A DNA stretch of 32,000 bases, taken from the NCBI RefSeq assembly GCF_001457595.1, contig NZ_LN831039.1:4770001-4802000 (forward strand), given 5' to 3'. This DNA comes from Mycolicibacterium smegmatis (GTDB lineage Bacteria > Actinomycetota > Actinomycetes > Mycobacteriales > Mycobacteriaceae). Below, one piece after another: positions 20,463 to 32,000 of the stretch (its first letter is position 1; every line of letters begins with the position of its first letter). Below the pieces are notes generated by a model. It saw nothing but the letters and a program-made list of their open reading frames with translations, was not told where the DNA came from and did no database searches. The position numbers and the translations under genes were made by a program.

Positions 20463-22000
20463 TGGCGCAGTGGTGGTCGCACGCGGTCTTCTACCAGGCC
20501 TATCCCCGCTCGTTCCGTGACAGCAACGGTGACGGCGTCGGCGACCTGGACGGCGTGACCGCAGGCCTGGACCATCTGGCCGACCTCGGTGTCGACGCGC
20601 TGTGGCTCAACCCCGTGATGGTCTCGCCGATGGCCGACCACGGCTACGACGTCGCCGACCCGCGCGACGTCGACCCGCTGTTCGGCGGGCTGGACGCGCT
20701 GGACCGGTTGCTCGACGCCGCCCATGCGCGCGGCATCCGCGTGACGATGGACCTGGTGCCCAACCACACCAGCTCGGCGCATCCGTGGTTCGTCGAGGCG
20801 CTGGCCAATCCACGGCGGCGCGACCGCTACATCTTCCGCGACGGGCGCGGGCCCGACGGTGCGCAGCCGCCCAACAACTGGGTGTCGGTGTTCGGCGGGC
20901 CGGCGTGGACCCGCGTGACCGAACCCGACGGCACGCCCGGGCAGTGGTACCTGCACCTGTTCGACCCGGCTCAGCCCGATCTGAACTGGAACAACCCCGA
21001 GGTCTTCGAAGACCTGGAGAAGACGCTGCGGTTCTGGCTGGACCGCGGCGTCGACGGGTTCCGCATCGACGTCGCACACGGCATGGCCAAACCGCCCGAT
21101 CTGCCCGACATGTCCGTCACCGACACCGCGCTGCTGCGCAACAGCGACGACGATCCGCGCTTCGACAACGACAGCGTCCACGACATCCACCGCTTCATCC
21201 GCCGGGTGCTCGACGACTATCCCGACACCGTCGCCGTCGGCGAGGTGTGGGTGCACGGCAACGAACGGTTCGCGCGGTACCTGCGTGCCGACGAATTGCA
21301 CCTGGGCTTCAATTTCCGTCTGGTGAAGGCGGATTACGACGCCGCCGAGATCCGCGACGCCATCGACAACGCGATGACCGCGGCCGCGCTGGAGGGCGCG
21401 ACGCCCACCTGGACGCTGTCCAACCACGACGTGGTCCGCGAGGTGACGCGCTACGGTGGCGGTGCGCAGGGTCTGGCGCGGGCCCGGGCCATGGCGCTGG
21501 TGATGCTGGCCCTGCCCGGCGCGGTGTTCATCTACAACGGCGAGGAACTCGGCCTGCCCAACGTCGAACTGCCCGACGCGGTGCTGCAGGACCCGGTGTG
21601 GGAACGCTCGGGTCACACCGAGCGTGGCCGCGACGGGTGCCGCGTGCCGATGCCGTGGGCGGGCACCGCGCCGGCGTTCGGGTTCTCCTCGACGCCCGAC
21701 ACCTGGCTGCCGATGCCCGACGAGTGGGCGGCGCTGACGGTCGAGCGGCAACTGGCCGATCCGTCGTCGACGCTGGCGTTCTACCGTCGCGCGGTCCAGT
21801 TGCGCTCCGCGCGAGGCGAATTCGACGGATCAGGCATCGAGTGGGTCGACGATCAGGTGTTCCGCCGGCCCGGCGGGCTCACGTGCGCCTTCAACACCGG
21901 GACCACTCCCCTGCCGCTGCCCGACGGCGAGATCCTGCTCACCAGCGGAGAACTCGTCGACGGCATGCTGCCGCCCGACACCGCGGCCTGGCTGGTCTAG
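20462..22000 (+). CDS. aglA: Alpha-glucosidase / trehalose-related glycoside hydrolase family 13
   Basis: WWSHAVFYQAYPRSFRDSNGDGVGDLDGVTAGLDHLADLGVDALWLNP, MDLVPNHTS, GVDGFRIDVAHGM, VGEVWV, TLSNHDVVREVTRYGG: all GH13 conserved regions. TGATG overlap with glbO. Confidence 0.92.
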   Translation: MAQWWSHAVFYQAYPRSFRDSNGDGVGDLDGVTAGLDHLADLGVDALWLNPVMVSPMADHGYDVADPRDVDPLFGGLDALDRLLDAAHARGIRVTMDLVPNHTSSAHPWFVEALANPRRRDRYIFRDGRGPDGAQPPNNWVSVFGGPAWTRVTEPDGTPGQWYLHLFDPAQPDLNWNNPEVFEDLEKTLRFWLDRGVDGFRIDVAHGMAKPPDLPDMSVTDTALLRNSDDDPRFDNDSVHDIHRFIRRVLDDYPDTVAVGEVWVHGNERFARYLRADELHLGFNFRLVKADYDAAEIRDAIDNAMTAAALEGATPTWTLSNHDVVREVTRYGGGAQGLARARAMALVMLALPGAVFIYNGEELGLPNVELPDAVLQDPVWERSGHTERGRDGCRVPMPWAGTAPAFGFSSTPDTWLPMPDEWAALTVERQLADPSSTLAFYRRAVQLRSARGEFDGSGIEWVDDQVFRRPGGLTCAFNTGTTPLPLPDGEILLTSGELVDGMLPPDTAAWLV

Positions 22001-22657
22001 TCAGTTCAGCACCAGGGCCGGGTCACCGCGGCGGCGGTACACCGAACCGAAACGCGCGTCGATGCGCAACCACGCGGCGTGCGCACGCACCCGGACGATC
22101 TCCTGCGCGCTGACCTCGTCACCGGTCTGCGGCAAGAAACCCATTGCGGTCAGAGCGAATACACACCGCATCGGGATACCGACGGTGACGTCGCCACCGG
22201 TCACCGACAGCACCTCGGAATCCAGCAGCGACGCGGGCGGTCCGTGGGCGCCGCTGTGTTCCCTGGCCAGCGCAAGGCCCTGCTGGGCGAGGTCGAGGAC
22301 CACCCGGGCCGGTACGTCGTCGAGGTGGACGAACCCGTTCTCGGGCGGCAGCGCGCCACGCCACGCCGAATCCATCGGGAACCCGGGATCGATGTGGTCC
22401 CCGCCGCCCGAAAGAGCCGTCGCGAGCGCGTCGGCCCCTGCCGACAGGTCGTGCGGACGGACGCGCCCGGACACCGCGCGGCTCGCGAGCACATCGAAAC
22501 CCGTTGCCACCCAGGCCACCACGCGTTCGTTCTGGGTCCGCTGCCGCAGCCGCACCACGGCGGCCTCGTCGAGGCGCAGCGAGCGGTCGACGAAGGTCAT
22601 GAGGTCCCCGCGGTCCCGCGGATCCTCGATCCACAGGCCCCGTTCCGGGACGTTCAT
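22001..22657 (-). CDS. Conserved hypothetical protein (Rv2474c-like)
   Basis: In-frame ORF from ATG 22657 (MNVPERGLWIEDPRDRGDLMTFVDRSLRLDEAAVVRLRQR...). Starts inside the last codons of the upstream thioesterase gene (ATGA-type overlap at 22654-22657). Confidence 0.75.
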   Translation of the reverse strand: MNVPERGLWIEDPRDRGDLMTFVDRSLRLDEAAVVRLRQRTQNERVVAWVATGFDVLASRAVSGRVRPHDLSAGADALATALSGGGDHIDPGFPMDSAWRGALPPENGFVHLDDVPARVVLDLAQQGLALAREHSGAHGPPASLLDSEVLSVTGGDVTVGIPMRCVFALTAMGFLPQTGDEVSAQEIVRVRAHAAWLRIDARFGSVYRRRGDPALVLN

Positions 22658-23061
22658 CGCAGATGGGATTCGAGGTACGCGCGTTGTTCGGGCGTAAGCC
22701 GTTCCAGCCGTTGCTGTTCGATGTGCACGGCCGCGAGCTGCGTCTCCCCGATCACCGAAGGCTTGGAGTCGGGCGCGGCGTTGACCGAGCGCACCTCGTA
22801 GCCGATGGTGAAGTCCACCGCGCGCACCCGCTTGCTCCACATGGTCACCTGCAACGGTGAGTCGATCAGCCGCAACTGCCCCTTGTAGGAGATGTTCACC
22901 TCGGCGATCAGCAGGCCGATGGTGTCGATCGTGGGGCCGAACGGCTCACGCAGGAACGGTATGCGCGCCTCTTCGAGGATCGTCACCATGGTGGCATGGT
23001 TGATGTGCTGGTACATGTCGATATCCGACCAGCGCACATGCACCGGCGTCGTAAAGCTCAC
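22654..23061 (-). CDS. Hotdog-fold acyl-CoA thioesterase (4-hydroxybenzoyl-CoA thioesterase-like)
   Basis: VHVRWSDIDMYQHINHATMVTILEEARIPFLR...IGLLIAEVNISYKGQLRL. Confidence 0.88.
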   Translation of the reverse strand: MSFTTPVHVRWSDIDMYQHINHATMVTILEEARIPFLREPFGPTIDTIGLLIAEVNISYKGQLRLIDSPLQVTMWSKRVRAVDFTIGYEVRSVNAAPDSKPSVIGETQLAAVHIEQQRLERLTPEQRAYLESHLR

Positions 23062-23090
23062 GTTGTTTTCTCCTCAGGCGAGCGTCAGGC

Positions 23091-27989
<4,899 letters not shown>

Positions 27990-28000
27990 CTAGTCGTCCT

Positions 28001-28034
28001 GGCTGTGGGCCGGTTGGAATCCGCGCCCACAGCC
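28001..28034. terminator. 10-bp perfect inverted repeat GGCTGTGGGC-N14-GCCCACAGCC between ettA and gdh
   Basis: Arms 28001-28010 and 28025-28034. Immediately 3' of the ettA stop and ~30-70 nt upstream of the gdh start; no U tract. Confidence 0.5.
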
Positions 28035-28043
28035 CGTGGACGG

Positions 28044-29717
<1,674 letters not shown>

Positions 29718-29802
29718 GCCGTGATGTGCCTTTCTGAAGCTGTTCGAGTCGTCTCGGTGCGCTCGCGCGGTGAACGCGGCAAGCGCCACTTGCTCGCCGA
29801 CC

Positions 29803-29808
29803 ATCCTA
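29803..29808 (-). promoter_or_regulatory. Possible -10 element TAGGAT upstream of ettA
   Basis: Minus strand reads GCCTAGGATGG, the same 11-mer seen upstream of the GntR gene at ~6705-6715; fits TANNNT. Confidence 0.3.
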
Positions 29809-29810
29809 GG

Positions 29811-29830
29811 CGTGGCCGAATACGGCTACG
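29811..29830 (-). terminator. Short hairpin CGTAGCCG-TATT-CGGCCACG at the end of the SSB-like gene
   Basis: 8-bp imperfect stem (one mismatch/wobble), 4-nt loop, starting at the TAG stop of the SSB-like gene (29826). Confidence 0.45.
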
Positions 29831-30338
29831 CCGTCAGTGGCAGCCCGTCGCCGGCGAGGTCGGCGACGTCGTCGTCCGCGAGGTCGTCCGGCTCGTCGTC
29901 GGCATCCCGGCGGTCGACGTCATCATCGGGAACGCGCTCGGGATCGCCTCCGGCGTCGGCTCGCGGCCCTTGGGACGGCTGCACCTTTTCCACCCGCGCG
30001 ATGCACCGGGACAGGTCCGGGCCCACCGCGGTGGCCCTGACCTCGACCGACGAGCGGCGCACGCCTTCGCGGTCCTCGTACTCATTGGTGTAGAGGTGAC
30101 CGACTACGACCACGGAGTCACCCTTGCCGAGTGACGCGCTGACGCCGCGGGCGAGGTTCCCCCAGCAGTTCACCGTGACGTACAACGAGTTGCCGGGCTC
30201 CCAGGTGCCCTCGGGGCTGCGCCGCCGCGAATTGCTGGCCACCCGGAACTTGTAGAGCTCCTGGTCGCCGAAGCGCAGCCGCACCGGATTGGTGATGATG
30301 TTGCCGACCACAGTGAACGGTGTCTCGAACATGTTCAT
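29826..30338 (-). CDS. Single-stranded DNA-binding protein-like (OB-fold), second SSB paralogue
   Basis: MFETPFTVVGNIITNPVRLRFGDQELYKFRVASNSRRRSPEGTWEPGNSLYVTVNCWGNLARGVSASLGKGDSVVVVGHLYTNEYEDREGVRRSSVEVRATAVG: SSB fold. Acidic C-terminus ends ...LPLTA. Confidence 0.88.
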   Translation of the reverse strand: MNMFETPFTVVGNIITNPVRLRFGDQELYKFRVASNSRRRSPEGTWEPGNSLYVTVNCWGNLARGVSASLGKGDSVVVVGHLYTNEYEDREGVRRSSVEVRATAVGPDLSRCIARVEKVQPSQGPRADAGGDPERVPDDDVDRRDADDEPDDLADDDVADLAGDGLPLTA

Positions 30339-30512
30339 TCCCTTTCGCTTTTCATCCATGCGAACCGGTGAGATCCGGCCGCCTGTGACCCATTCATCGC
30401 GCACGGGCCGACACGGGCCGTGCGCAGGGCCGATGAAGCGACAGGGTTGTGGATGAAATGCGATCTGGGGATAACTGCCGGGCCCACGGCGCGGCAGGCG
30501 CCTGCGACGCGT

Positions 30513-30569
30513 CGAGGCTGTAGTTGCCGTGCTGTGCACTCGCACTTCTGCTCGGTAACTACAGCCTCG
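30513..30569. repeat. 17-bp inverted repeat CGAGGCTGTAGTTGCCG ... CGGTAACTACAGCCTCG (hairpin)
   Basis: Arms 30513-30529 and 30553-30569 match at 16 of 17 positions; the exception is a G/T pair that could wobble in plus-strand RNA. The 23-nt loop contains a further GTGC-ACTC-GCAC mini-stem. Confidence 0.75.
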
Positions 30570-30595
30570 AAGGGTCCATGCCCGTGAGGGCCCGG

Positions 30596-32000
30596 CTACT
30601 GGGGCGGGTTGTCCCGACGGGCCAGGTGGGCCAGCATCCGGTTGTAGGCGGCCAGGTCGGCGTCGTCGTCGCGGTCGGCCGCGCGGTCGAGGCGTTTGGC
30701 CGTGCGGTCGTCGCTGCGCCGCCACTGGATGAGCAGCGCGAGCATCACGATCACCAGCGGAACCTCACCGGCCGCCCACGCCACCCCGCCGCCCAGCTTC
30801 TGATCACCGAGCAGATCGGTGTGCCAGCTCAGCTGCAGCGATCGGTAGAAAGGCTCGCCCAGCACGGTCTTCATGCCCATCATCACCACACCGAAGAACG
30901 CGTGCAGCGGCAGCGACGCGAAGACCATGCCGATCTTGCCGAGGTGCGGGATGGGACGCGGTGTCGGGTCGATGCCGATGACGACCCAGTAGAACAGGTA
31001 GCCCGACAGCAGGAAGTGCACGTTCATCATCACGTGCGCGGCGTGGTTGCTCACCGCGGCGTCGAAGATGCCGCCGAAATACAGGCCGTAGAACCCGACC
31101 ACGAACATCACCGTCGCGATCACCGGGTTGGTGAAGAACTGCGAGATCTTGGAGTGCAGCGCGGCCAGCAGCCATTCGCGCGGTCCCGGCGGCTGCCCGC
31201 GGCCCGCGGCGGGCAGGGCCCGCAGCGCCATGGTCACCGGAGCGCCGAGCACCAGCAGGATCGGCACCAGCATGGACAGCAGCATGTGGGCGATCATGTG
31301 CATGCTGAACATCGCGGGCATGTACCGCCCGAGGCCCGACGACGTGGTGAACAGCAGCGTTGCGCAGCCCAGCAGCCACGCGACGGTGCGGCCGACCGGC
31401 CAGGCGTCACCACGATGACGCAGCCGGTACAGCGCCGCGAGGTAGACCAGGGCGCCGACGATCGCGGCCGTGCCGAACAACAGGTCGAACCGCCAGTCGA
31501 ACAGCACACGGGCGACCGTGGGCGGACCGGCGAAGTCGTAGCCGATCGCCACCTCGGCGGCCGACGGGATGCGCTTGATCGGCGGCGGCGGGGTGCGCCC
31601 CAGCCCGACCGCGATGCCGAACGTCACGCCGAAGATCGCGCCCTCGGTGAGCGCGAGCCGGATCAGCGGGCCGCGCGCCGTGGGATCGGCCTGCAGTGCC
31701 GACACCGCGCTGCGCCGCTGCAGGAAGCCCAGCGCCCCCAGCACGACGAGCGCGACGATCTTGCCGACGATCAGCCAGCCGTAGGACGTGCGGAACAGGT
31801 CGGCGGGTGACATCCGCACCAGCGCGTTGATCACGCCGCTGACACCCATCGCGATGAAGCACCACAGCGCCAGCGCCGAGAAACGCCGCGCGGCCAGCGC
31901 AGTGGCCGCGCCCTCACCCGCTCTGCCGCGCATCGCGTGGGCCAGCAGCGCCAGCAGCCCACCGGCCCACACCGCACCTGCGACGAGGTGGATGAACAGG
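30596..32000 (-). CDS. Copper resistance D (CopD) / cytochrome c oxidase assembly factor CtaG-type fusion membrane protein, N-terminus beyond right edge
   Basis: C-terminal multi-pass region GRYMPAMFSMHMIAHMLLSMLVPILLVLGAPVTMALRAL...PRPIPHLGKIGMVFASLPLHAFFGVVMM (CtaG-like), preceded by a CopD-like half. The frame stays open to position 32000 (LFIHLVAGAVWAGGLLALL). Confidence 0.85.
   Translation of the reverse strand, partial: LFIHLVAGAVWAGGLLALLAHAMRGRAGEGAATALAARRFSALALWCFIAMGVSGVINALVRMSPADLFRTSYGWLIVGKIVALVVLGALGFLQRRSAVSALQADPTARGPLIRLALTEGAIFGVTFGIAVGLGRTPPPPIKRIPSAAEVAIGYDFAGPPTVARVLFDWRFDLLFGTAAIVGALVYLAALYRLRHRGDAWPVGRTVAWLLGCATLLFTTSSGLGRYMPAMFSMHMIAHMLLSMLVPILLVLGAPVTMALRALPAAGRGQPPGPREWLLAALHSKISQFFTNPVIATVMFVVGFYGLYFGGIFDAAVSNHAAHVMMNVHFLLSGYLFYWVVIGIDPTPRPIPHLGKIGMVFASLPLHAFFGVVMMGMKTVLGEPFYRSLQLSWHTDLLGDQKLGGGVAWAAGEVPLVIVMLALLIQWRRSDDRTAKRLDRAADRDDDADLAAYNRMLAHLARRDNPPQ

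Noticed and set aside
20417-21751. 444-aa minus-strand ORF antisense to aglA
   Set aside because: Shadow of GH13 coding sequence; no domain signature.

Overview
High-GC actinobacterial chromosomal window. Gene content and order suggest a rapid/intermediate-growing Mycobacterium (Mycolicibacterium). The backbone matches the M. tuberculosis Rv2464c-Rv2478c neighbourhood as I recall it: nei, rpiB, | DsbA/FrnE-like mycothiol-dependent reductase, pepN, DUF5130, HNH, glbO, aglA, conserved protein, thioesterase, NAD-glutamate dehydrogenase, ettA, SSB-like. An ~11 kb accessory block (about 2850-14140) sits between rpiB and the FrnE-like gene. It holds (a) a divergent TetR/aldo-keto reductase pair with a palindrome between them, (b) a translationally coupled Fcy1-like cytosine-deaminase homologue and IPNS-type 2OG-Fe(II) oxygenase, and (c) a GntR/FCD regulator divergent from an eight-gene operon: polar-amino-acid ABC transporter, D-aminoacylase, enolase-superfamily dehydratase, KDPG-type aldolase and PfkB kinase. 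The main candidate for a new system is (c). It pairs an amino-acid importer and an N-acyl-D-amino-acid deacylase with an Entner-Doudoroff-like lower pathway, consistent with catabolism of an N-acylated amino-sugar acid. Several strong non-coding inverted repeats are also reported. I found no rRNA, tRNA, CRISPR array, transposase or phage gene. All family calls come from visible motifs; no database search was run.
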